Part shown: in pieces, positions 53,879 through 61,715 of the stretch
Position numbering within the stretch: position 1 is the first letter of the stretch
How the letters are laid out: each line of letters opens with the position of its first letter
Source of the DNA: a virus
Virus record (IMG/VR): IMGVR_UViG_3300032282_005588
Coordinates: 1 to 64,000 of that record
Strand: one strand, 5' to 3'
DNA: 64,000 nucleotides
Notes under the pieces: model-generated
What the model was told of the DNA's origin: nothing
The model's input: only the letters and a program-made list of their open reading frames with translations
Databases searched by the model: none
Made by a program: the position numbers and the translations under genes

Positions 53879-53943
53879 GGTTGCCGCTAACTATTATATA
53901 TACGCAACTACGTTTAATCACCAATAAAATCAACGGTTTTAAT

Positions 53944-54741
53944 ATGAAAATTCTTAAAATATTTGAGGAAAAGTTAAGATATAAAAACTACTCAGATAAG
54001 AGTATTAGGTTATATATTTCATATTTGAGGCTCTTTTTAGAAAAAGAAAAGATAAAAGACCCATATCAAGTTAGAACCCAACAAATAGTCTCATTTCTTG
54101 AAAACTACCCATTCACCAGTATAAGTCAACAAAATCAATATATTGGTACTCTTAAATTATTTGCTAAATATATATTAAGTAAAAAAGACATCCATTTAAG
54201 TAAAATGGAGAGACCCAAATCGGAAAAGAAACTACCCAGAGTTATTGATGGGGAATTTATCAAAGAAAAATTATCTAAAATTGAAAATATAAAGCACAAA
54301 GCAATACTTACCTTAACTTACTCTGTTGGATTAAGAGTGTCTGAAGTAGTTAATTTAAAGATTGAAGATATTGATTCCAAAAGAATGTTGATTCATATCA
54401 AAAACGCAAAGGGTAGGAAAGATAGATTGGTTCCGTTATCACCAAATGTTCTCAATCTATTAAGAGAATATTTTAAAGAATTCAAACCGACTCAATATCT
54501 ATTTAATGGTCAAAACTCAAATCAATACTCAATAGGTAGTTGTCAACAAATTTATAAAAAATATATTGATAAAAACAGTTCAATACATACTTTAAGGCAT
54601 TCATCTTTTACAGGTTTACTAGAAAACGGAACTGATTTAAGAATAATACAAAAAATAGCGGGACATTCCTCATCCAAAACAACAGAAATTTATACTCATG
54701 TCTCCAACCAAATGCTTTCAAAAATTAATTTGGTTATTTAG
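53944..54741 (+). CDS. tyrosine recombinase, integron-integrase-like but lacking the IntI insertion
   Basis: LRYKNYS..SI..Y N-domain, RPK.EKKLP.VI, GLRVSE, KGRKDR, HTLRH, AGH, TEIYTHV; ATG at 53944 (265 aa). Confidence 0.9.
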   Translation: MKILKIFEEKLRYKNYSDKSIRLYISYLRLFLEKEKIKDPYQVRTQQIVSFLENYPFTSISQQNQYIGTLKLFAKYILSKKDIHLSKMERPKSEKKLPRVIDGEFIKEKLSKIENIKHKAILTLTYSVGLRVSEVVNLKIEDIDSKRMLIHIKNAKGRKDRLVPLSPNVLNLLREYFKEFKPTQYLFNGQNSNQYSIGSCQQIYKKYIDKNSSIHTLRHSSFTGLLENGTDLRIIQKIAGHSSSKTTEIYTHVSNQMLSKINLVI

Positions 54742-54789
54742 GATGTTTCACATACATTAACATCATAATAAATAAAAATAAAAATAAAA

Positions 54790-55584
54790 ATGATAAATCT
54801 ACAGGCTCAATTCAAAACAAAAGAAGAAATTCGTTCTTTAGCTCCAAGTATCTTTACTGAAAATGGTGCTTCAAATGTATCAGAAAATTATACACATATT
54901 CCAACATATAAAATTATTGATGATATGGAATTGTTAGGTTGGAAACCAATTGATGCAAAAGAAGTTAAAGCAAGAAAATCAATAGGATATCAAAAACACC
55001 TAATTGTATTCCGTAATGAAGATATTTTTATTAATGGAGAAGATGGAGACAATGTGTTTCCCCAAATATTACTTACAAATTCTCATGATGGGAAGAATGC
55101 ATTTACATTTACAGCAGGTCTTTTTAGAATGATATGTGAAAATGGATTAGTACTTTCAACTAAGGAATTTGAAAATATAAAAATTCGTCATTATGGTTAT
55201 AATTTTGAAGAATTGCAAAACACAATTGAAATGATGGTTAACAAACTACCCCTAACAATTGATTCTATGAATAAATTTAAACAAATTCAATTAGGTCAAG
55301 ACCAAATGATGAAGTTTGCTGAGGAAGCTGTTAAGATTAGATTTAATAATGATATTGATAATATTAAAATTGATTTAGGTGATTTACTTACTCCAACACG
55401 TATAGAAGATAGAGGGAATGATCTGTGGAGTGTATTTAATGTAGTTCAAGAAAAATTAACACATGGTGGGTTTAATTATAATATTGGTTCTAAAAATCGA
55501 AAAGCAAGAAAAATAAAAAATTTCAAACAAGATTTAGATATGAATATTAAATTACATGATTTGGCTTTAGAATATGCTAATTAA
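54790..55584 (+). CDS. DUF932-family protein
   Basis: APSIF, Y.HIPT, KHL..FR, L.NSHDG, AGLFRMICENGL, LW.VFN.VQE. Confidence 0.8.
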   Translation: MINLQAQFKTKEEIRSLAPSIFTENGASNVSENYTHIPTYKIIDDMELLGWKPIDAKEVKARKSIGYQKHLIVFRNEDIFINGEDGDNVFPQILLTNSHDGKNAFTFTAGLFRMICENGLVLSTKEFENIKIRHYGYNFEELQNTIEMMVNKLPLTIDSMNKFKQIQLGQDQMMKFAEEAVKIRFNNDIDNIKIDLGDLLTPTRIEDRGNDLWSVFNVVQEKLTHGGFNYNIGSKNRKARKIKNFKQDLDMNIKLHDLALEYAN

Positions 55585-55595
55585 TTTATAATACA

Positions 55596-55991
55596 ATGAA
55601 TAGAATACAAATAAATGGTGATTGGTATATTAAAGAAGACCAATTAGTTGAAATAAAAAATGTTCCACAAAATCTTATAGATGAAGATGATATAATACAT
55701 GCTAAATCATGTTTATATGAAAGTGATAATTATGCTTGGGAAGCAACATCCATTCGTAAAGATAATTCTGATGCCTATTATGATGGGGTTGATATTAAAT
55801 TCACAGATAAACGAATTAAACCATTTAAAGAAGAATATTGGGATAACAATATATGGGTGATGGATATTTATAATAATTTCCCTACAGGTGAATCATCATT
55901 ATCAGCTTTAGAATCTATGGATATTAATGGGGTACAGATATTTAGGGAGTTTATAGGTTATCTAATTAAAATTGGTTGGATTAAAAATTAA
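55596..55991 (+). CDS. hypothetical protein
   Basis: 131 aa ORF. Confidence 0.6.
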   Translation: MNRIQINGDWYIKEDQLVEIKNVPQNLIDEDDIIHAKSCLYESDNYAWEATSIRKDNSDAYYDGVDIKFTDKRIKPFKEEYWDNNIWVMDIYNNFPTGESSLSALESMDINGVQIFREFIGYLIKIGWIKN

Positions 55992-55995
55992 TAAT

Positions 55996-56286
55996 ATGAT
56001 AAAATGGAAATATAAACCCTCAGGTATGTGTCCAGTACAAGCTGAGGGTTGGTTTATGGATTATTATTTTTATTTTAGGGCTAGATGGGATGAAGCATCA
56101 ATTGAATTCTCTAAAACAGAACCTGGGTGGGAAAACGATCTTATACATGCTCGATATATTCTATGGACTACTTATAATAAACCATATAAAGCTGGATACT
56201 TGAATAAGTGGTTTTGTATATTTTTAATATATATAGGGTGTATTAAGTTTTTATTACATAAAAATAAACATAAATCATTATCATGA
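55996..56286 (+). CDS. hypothetical protein
   Basis: G.CPVQAEG...YFRAR; ATG at 55996. Confidence 0.6.
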   Translation: MIKWKYKPSGMCPVQAEGWFMDYYFYFRARWDEASIEFSKTEPGWENDLIHARYILWTTYNKPYKAGYLNKWFCIFLIYIGCIKFLLHKNKHKSLS

Positions 56287-56537
56287 CATTTAAAGAAATT
56301 ATAATATATTGTTTCATCCTACCCGTGGTAACACTTTTCCTTGGGCTTTGGATTGGTTTAAATGGTAATAAAGGTGTTCCATCAAAACATTATCCAATTG
56401 AGGTACGATGTTATTGGAGTACTAATGGTTATCAATCATATCCAGAAATGGAATGTGACTCGATAAAAGGAGATACATTATGGAAAGATGGTGTTAGTAT
56501 TGTTCCTAAAAATATAATTCAAATAAGTTTTAAATAA
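56283..56537 (+). CDS. hypothetical membrane-anchored protein
   Basis: N-terminal TM segment. Confidence 0.55.
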   Translation: MTFKEIIIYCFILPVVTLFLGLWIGLNGNKGVPSKHYPIEVRCYWSTNGYQSYPEMECDSIKGDTLWKDGVSIVPKNIIQISFK

Positions 56538-56767
56538 TGAAAGGCATTTTACATAAAGGTGAATATAATGAATGGTTAGTAACATGTCAGGATATATTTC
56601 AATTACATCCTGATGATGCTAATGAATTATTTGAATTAGAACAAATATTCGATAACTTAGAAGCAAGAATAAGAATACAACCTATAGTAGAATTTGATGT
56701 TGTAGAATATAAAAAATTAACGGGAATTATTAAATACGCTAAATTAATAAAAAATGAAATTCACTGA
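56537..56767 (+). CDS. hypothetical protein
   Basis: 76 aa, overlapping start/stop. Confidence 0.55.
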   Translation: MKGILHKGEYNEWLVTCQDIFQLHPDDANELFELEQIFDNLEARIRIQPIVEFDVVEYKKLTGIIKYAKLIKNEIH

Positions 56768-57347
56768 CACCTTCAAAATATCATCAAATAATTTATATTA
56801 TAAAAATACTTGGTTATATAAAACATATTCTTTTTTGAGATATAATTTCCCTCATTTTTGTAAAAATATTTGGAAATTCAGAAAAGCACTTTATAATCAT
56901 TATTGGTTTGATCATTATGGGGTTCTCACATTTATGGAAATAGGTCTTACTGATATGGCTACTAATATTGAAAAATATGGTATTGAAGTTGATTCTTCAC
57001 GATTAAAAAAGGTTGAAAAAATGCGAAGAGTAATTCAATTAATTAAGAATTATAATGACGATTTATATATTGAAATGGCAGAAAAGGAATTAGGAGAATT
57101 AACAACATATAAATTGGAATTTAAACCATCAGAAAATAATCCTGATTTTTTTGAGTTAGTGGATAAAGATACACCAGAAGAAAAAGAACATAATAAAAAA
57201 ATATATAATAGAGCAAGAGAAATTGAGGAACAAGAATGGAATGAATTATGGGAAATACTTAAAGGACAAAATTATAATATATTCAATAAAGACGAAGACT
57301 TTGATGAGCAAAATGATGGATCAGGGATAAGAATATGGTGGGATTAA
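56754..57347 (+). CDS. hypothetical protein
   Basis: 197 aa ending GIRIWWD. Confidence 0.65.
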   Translation: MKFTDTFKISSNNLYYKNTWLYKTYSFLRYNFPHFCKNIWKFRKALYNHYWFDHYGVLTFMEIGLTDMATNIEKYGIEVDSSRLKKVEKMRRVIQLIKNYNDDLYIEMAEKELGELTTYKLEFKPSENNPDFFELVDKDTPEEKEHNKKIYNRAREIEEQEWNELWEILKGQNYNIFNKDEDFDEQNDGSGIRIWWD

Positions 57348-57408
57348 AGATAGGTTTGGTATTTCTAGATAATTTACTTATATTAATATTATAATAATAT
57401 TAACAATC

Positions 57409-57645
57409 ATGGTAAAAATAATAATGGAATTTGATAGCTCAGATGAAGCCCAAGAAGCAATTGATGGTAGTAAATGGAAACAAGCATTTTGGGAATTAAA
57501 TAATGAGCTTAGAAACACTACCAAATATGATGTTAGTATTATCAATAATAACTTACAAGCAACAGATATTGAACAAGAAATATGTTCTAAAGTTAGAGAT
57601 ATGATGTTTGAAATCCTTAATAGATGGAATTTAAAAATAGATTAA
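57409..57645 (+). CDS. hypothetical protein
   Basis: Downstream of the promoter at 57356. Confidence 0.6.
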   Translation: MVKIIMEFDSSDEAQEAIDGSKWKQAFWELNNELRNTTKYDVSIINNNLQATDIEQEICSKVRDMMFEILNRWNLKID

Positions 57646-57652
57646 ATTAATT

Positions 57653-57889
57653 GTGAAAACACGAATTCATGTTAATCAACACCATATACGTTCTAATAAA
57701 ACAAAAGGCACTACACTCCCAGTAATTACTATTAAACAAGGTAAAAATAATACTTATTGTAATGAAGTAGAAATATTAGGACCTAGTAAAATTATTTATG
57801 GTGGTAGTGGTTGTGATGCAAAACCACTTTTAAGTTGTGGAGCTAGAGTTGTAATCGAAACGGAAAGTGCAATCAAAATTATAAAATAG
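57653..57889 (+). CDS. conserved phage hypothetical protein
   Basis: IHVNQH.IR.N...LSCGARV.IET. Confidence 0.7.
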   Translation: MKTRIHVNQHHIRSNKTKGTTLPVITIKQGKNNTYCNEVEILGPSKIIYGGSGCDAKPLLSCGARVVIETESAIKIIK

Positions 57890-57953
57890 TTTTTATACTT
57901 GGATTTGATAAAAAATTAACATATATTAATATTATAATAAATTAATAATAAAA

Positions 57954-58163
57954 ATGAAAAATAAATTAAAGAATGGACGATTAGTATTTATGATGTGGAG
58001 TATATTCCATATTATCACCCTTTTATATTTTGGTTGGAATTTAGTTCCTCAACCATTTGTTACCATTGATGCTATATTATTTGGGGGATTTATTGGATTT
58101 TATTTTGTACAACCTTTAAGTGAAATTTATGAACAGTGGGTTAATAATAAACTAAATAAATAA
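57954..58163 (+). CDS. small membrane protein
   Basis: Two hydrophobic segments; promoter at 57899. Confidence 0.55.
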   Translation: MKNKLKNGRLVFMMWSIFHIITLLYFGWNLVPQPFVTIDAILFGGFIGFYFVQPLSEIYEQWVNNKLNK

Positions 58164-58378
58164 TGATTAATAATATATTATTACAAATTTTTGTTAAATC
58201 CTTTTTTATTACTATAACTCTCACTAGTGTAGTGTATGGGTTTATTGCTTATTTAAATAAAACTATAATTTACAATAAATGGCCACAACATGCTCAACAT
58301 AGTATGTTAGTTACTGGGGTTATGATATTATTGATGATTATTTTTATTGGGTTTGTTGACTTTAAATATAATAAATAA
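58163..58378 (+). CDS. small membrane protein
   Basis: Two hydrophobic segments. Confidence 0.55.
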   Translation: MINNILLQIFVKSFFITITLTSVVYGFIAYLNKTIIYNKWPQHAQHSMLVTGVMILLMIIFIGFVDFKYNK

Positions 58379-58383
58379 ATATA

Positions 58384-58653
58384 ATGGATATAAATGTAGA
58401 TTTAGATGATATTTTATGGGGAATGAGTGATTGGGAAAAACAAGAAATGTGTGATAATTTATGTGATGATGGTTATACCCCATCAACTCAATCAATCGAT
58501 GATATTAAATCATTTTTCTTTGAGGTTGAAGGGAGAATTACTCATAATGAAAGAGAATTATTAGATATATTAATTAGAATTTGGTATAATAAACATTTTA
58601 TAAATAATAAAGACATTGAGCAACTCAAAATATATGCTAAAAAAGGATTATAA
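58384..58653 (+). CDS. hypothetical protein
   Basis: 89 aa ORF. Confidence 0.55.
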   Translation: MDINVDLDDILWGMSDWEKQEMCDNLCDDGYTPSTQSIDDIKSFFFEVEGRITHNERELLDILIRIWYNKHFINNKDIEQLKIYAKKGL

Positions 58654-58818
58654 TAATCCAATTAAAATGACTTTTAATCAGTGGTTAAATCATTATCAAA
58701 ACCTAAATGACCATCAATATACTAAATTTAAACCATATGGAAGTTCAATTGATTATTTTTTTCATCATAAAAAAGATGGTTATAACACATATGGTGTAAT
58801 AATTTAAATAATCAATCA

Positions 58819-59073
58819 ATGAAAGAAATAATAATCAAATATTGTAAGGGAGAACCATTACAAATAACTGAAGCAGTATCCATAATTGAAGAATACATGC
58901 ATTATGTTAAAAAATATAATCGTGAATTAATAATTCAATTGTTGAATCCAATGAACCCAATGGGAAGATCAATGTTAGATATAGCACTACAGACCTCCAT
59001 GATTTATCTTCAATGGAAATATTCAATAAATAAATTATATAGTAAAGACGGGCAATTACTAATGGTATTTTAA
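58819..59073 (+). CDS. hypothetical protein
   Basis: 84 aa ORF. Confidence 0.55.
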   Translation: MKEIIIKYCKGEPLQITEAVSIIEEYMHYVKKYNRELIIQLLNPMNPMGRSMLDIALQTSMIYLQWKYSINKLYSKDGQLLMVF

Positions 59074-59074
59074 C

Positions 59075-59266
59075 GTGGAAGATTTAAAAAATTTGAGAAA
59101 TTTTTGTGATAAACAAATTAAAAAACATCCCCAATTAAAAGTGGATATTATAACTTGTTATAATCTTTGTTTAGATAATATTGAAGAAGGAGAATCTGTT
59201 GTTAATGAAATTGAATTATGTTTAACTAATATAAACTATATATTGAACATGTATTATTTAAAATAA
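59075..59266 (+). CDS. hypothetical protein
   Basis: 63 aa, HPQLK...IEEGES..NE. Confidence 0.55.
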   Translation: MEDLKNLRNFCDKQIKKHPQLKVDIITCYNLCLDNIEEGESVVNEIELCLTNINYILNMYYLK

Positions 59267-59372
59267 CATTAAATATAAACCGTTAATTATCAATATTATA
59301 TAAAAAGCTACAATCAATTATTTGATTTTGTAGCTTTCTTTATGTATATTGACATTATAATAAAAATAAAAA

Positions 59373-59648
59373 ATGACTAAAAAAGAATATCATAAACAAA
59401 TCAATAAAAGATTTTATGAATATATTAATCAACATTTTCCAAATTATGAGCTTGATTTCAATGAAGGTTATGGTTATGTATATTTAATGTGTGAAAATAA
59501 AAATGATTTAATTGAATATCACCAATCAAGACATGATTTATGTATACATAATTATTCTACAGATAAAGCAAAACAGGACATGCTACAAATGGAAAGATAT
59601 ATCAATGAGAATATTATTCCATATGTTAACATGGTTACTGAAGTTTAG
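59373..59648 (+). CDS. hypothetical protein
   Basis: Downstream of the promoter at 59322. Confidence 0.6.
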   Translation: MTKKEYHKQINKRFYEYINQHFPNYELDFNEGYGYVYLMCENKNDLIEYHQSRHDLCIHNYSTDKAKQDMLQMERYINENIIPYVNMVTEV

Positions 59649-59743
59649 ATTGTTAATTACTAACGCTCTATAAAAACTGTAGATGAATATTTGGATTTAC
59701 AAAATTTATTACATACATTAACATCATAATAAAAATTAAAAAA

Positions 59744-59926
59744 ATGAAAAAATCAGAAAAATTAATCTACAGTTTAGAAATACTTAAAGAGGTATTACAA
59801 AACCAACTAAAAGAAGGTAGAGAATATGGTCAAAAAACAAATGCGGATTGTGAATCCGGTTGGTATATTGGTACTATCAAAACAGCAATTGAAGAAATAG
59901 ATCGTATTACTAAAATCACTAAATAA
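59744..59926 (+). CDS. hypothetical protein
   Basis: Downstream of the promoter at 59691. Confidence 0.55.
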   Translation: MKKSEKLIYSLEILKEVLQNQLKEGREYGQKTNADCESGWYIGTIKTAIEEIDRITKITK

Positions 59927-59929
59927 TCT

Positions 59930-60139
59930 ATGAAAACATCAAATTTAAAATCAGGATTTTCCCTTTATGGAAACAAAGGTAATGTTTGGGAAAATAATGC
60001 TCACATTTATCAATCCGGTAAAGGAAATTTATGTGGTACTCCAGCATTAGCATCTAATTGGGCTAAGGAAATGAAGATGGAAGAAGCAAATTGTGAGAAA
60101 TGTAATAAATTATATAATACTCTAGAATATAAAGTATAA
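59930..60139 (+). CDS. small Zn-finger-like protein
   Basis: H...LCG...CEKC. Confidence 0.55.
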   Translation: MKTSNLKSGFSLYGNKGNVWENNAHIYQSGKGNLCGTPALASNWAKEMKMEEANCEKCNKLYNTLEYKV

Positions 60140-60150
60140 TAAACAATAAA

Positions 60151-60393
60151 ATGCTTGTAGAGTGTATAGATATATCAAACAGACCTGAAGACATACCAAC
60201 ATCAATGTGGTTAAAGAAAAAGGTTTACACTGTGGTGAGTAGAACATTTCATCCAATTCATAATTATTACTCACTTCAACTAGAAGAAGTACATCCACCC
60301 CCACCTTATATTGGATATAAGGAATCAAGATTTAAACCTATAGAAGATATTAGTATAATAGAATTAATAGAAGAAAAAATAGAAACAATATGA
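60151..60393 (+). CDS. hypothetical protein
   Basis: VECID...YTV...SRF pattern. Confidence 0.55.
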   Translation: MLVECIDISNRPEDIPTSMWLKKKVYTVVSRTFHPIHNYYSLQLEEVHPPPPYIGYKESRFKPIEDISIIELIEEKIETI

Positions 60394-60698
60394 AGAATAA
60401 ACTAGATAAACAATATACAGACCTGCTCCAAGATATCTTAGATAATGGAGTAAAAAAACAAACCAGAAATGGTGAAGTGTTATCAATATTCGGTAGACAA
60501 ATTCGTCACAACATGAAAGATGGTTTCCCACTTCTTACAACTAAGAAGATGGCTTGGAAATCAATTGTAACTGAGTTACTCTGGTTTCTCCGTGGTTCAA
60601 CTCGAGGTGATGAGTTAGTAAGGCAAGGGTGTAATATTTGGGTAGGGGATATGTATGCTAATTATTTAAAAGAGTATGAAAAACATAAAGAAAATTAA
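60390..60698 (+). CDS. thyA: thymidylate synthase, N-terminal piece
   Basis: QY..LL..IL..G, TR.G, FPLLTTKK, ELLWFLRG.T, NIW. Confidence 0.9.
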   Translation: MKNKLDKQYTDLLQDILDNGVKKQTRNGEVLSIFGRQIRHNMKDGFPLLTTKKMAWKSIVTELLWFLRGSTRGDELVRQGCNIWVGDMYANYLKEYEKHKEN

Positions 60699-60738
60699 AA
60701 ATAAATGGGTTTTTTAAGTAAAAGTACAATATTTATAA

Positions 60739-60826
60739 ATGTAGAGTTGCGGCTACATGTAAGATATTTAATTAACTAAATGCTAATGGTGAGTAGAGTA
60801 CCGCAATCTCGAAAGCCTTAGTATTT
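60739..60826 (+). ncRNA. putative two-hairpin kissing-loop RNA in the leader of the HNH gene
   Basis: ATGTAG/CTACAT stem with loop AGTTGCGG; AAATGCTAA/TTAGTATTT stem with loop CCGCAAT, complementary to GTTGCGG. Confidence 0.5.
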
Positions 60827-60834
60827 TTTATTTT

Positions 60835-61689
60835 ATGAATTACCTAAAAATTTACGAACAATTAATTGATAAAGCTAAGAGAGAAGATAGAGATTACATA
60901 AGTAATAAAATCTACGAAAGACACCACATACTTCCTAAATGTATGGGAGGGGATGGGAAAGTTAATCAATGGAGAACTCACCCCAATATAGTAATTTTAA
61001 CTCCTCGAGAACATTATTTAGCTCACACTCTATTATGTGAGATATATCCTGAAAATTCTAAATTAAAGTTTGCATTATGGGCTATGTCTAATCAATTAGG
61101 AGAAAACAGAAAATATAAAATATGTTCTAGACAGTATGAAAGAGTGAGAGAAAACTATGTAAAACTAGTAAGAGGAGTACCTAAGACTGATGAGCATAAA
61201 ATAAAGTTAAGTGAGGCATTAAAAGGAAGGGAAAGAGAGGAATTTACTGAATTACACAAAATTAATATCAGTAAAAATATTAAAGGAATTAAAAAATCAA
61301 AAGAACATAGAAAAAATCTCTCTAAATCCAAAAGCATTCCTGTATTTCAATATACTTTAGACGGTGTGTTTTTAAAACAATGGGAATCTGCCAAAAAAGC
61401 AGGAAATATATTAAATATAGACCCTGGAGATATTACAGGTTGTAGAAGAGGAGTAAAAAAGAGTGCTGGGGGATTTCTTTGGAAAGAAAATAAGATAGAA
61501 GTTAAACCCTACAAACATAATAACTCATCTAATATATTGCAGTATACTCTCGAAGGAGAGTTTATACAAGAATTTCAAAGTATATCTAAAGCTTCCAAAA
61601 TCTTAAAACTCAATCCCTCAGGAATATCTAATTGTGCTAATGGAAGATCTAAATATTCTGGTGGGTTTATTTGGAGATATAAAAAATAG
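60835..61689 (+). CDS. HNH homing endonuclease with NUMOD3/NUMOD1-like DNA-binding repeats
   Basis: YERHHILPKCMGG...LTPREH..AH; HK.K.S repeats; twice QYTL.G.F...S...A......I..C.G..K..GGF.W. Confidence 0.9.
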   Translation: MNYLKIYEQLIDKAKREDRDYISNKIYERHHILPKCMGGDGKVNQWRTHPNIVILTPREHYLAHTLLCEIYPENSKLKFALWAMSNQLGENRKYKICSRQYERVRENYVKLVRGVPKTDEHKIKLSEALKGREREEFTELHKINISKNIKGIKKSKEHRKNLSKSKSIPVFQYTLDGVFLKQWESAKKAGNILNIDPGDITGCRRGVKKSAGGFLWKENKIEVKPYKHNNSSNILQYTLEGEFIQEFQSISKASKILKLNPSGISNCANGRSKYSGGFIWRYKK

Positions 61690-61715
61690 TTATTATTTTT
61701 AATAAATTAAAAGTT

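Larger units (their letters stand above)
51649..54741 (+). mobile_element. integron-like cassette array (6 cassettes) plus tyrosine recombinase
   Basis: TAAC cores at 51649, 52126, 52512, 52789, 53128, 53477, 53888 alternate with GTTA cores at 51693, 52435, 52633, 52871, 53204, 53599; two inverted repeats and one ORF per unit. Confidence 0.8.

Noticed and set aside
51649-53891. CRISPR array or toxin-antitoxin repeats
   Set aside because: No constant direct repeat; only 4-nt cores are shared, units are about 280-480 bp and contain ORFs; no cas operon (30755 is a stand-alone phage exonuclease)
51649-53891. Shufflon/invertible segments
   Set aside because: Inverted repeats are unit-specific with one-strand wobble bias, and all ORFs share one orientation. 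This fits hairpin cassettes better than duplex inversion, though inversion is not formally excluded
51655-53943. TTG-start extensions of ORFs 51655, 52132 and 53881 given in the track
   Set aside because: These starts fall within the recombination-site stems; downstream ATGs (51739, 52171, 53944) after A-rich leaders are more plausible
60785-60815. Hammerhead ribozyme (..TGAG...CGAAA)
   Set aside because: Core reads ATGGTGA rather than CTGANGA, and stems I/III could not be built
60699-61715. Group I intron or intein in thyA
   Set aside because: Non-coding flanks too short, no recognisable intron core, both halves have their own stop/start, no intein terminal residues
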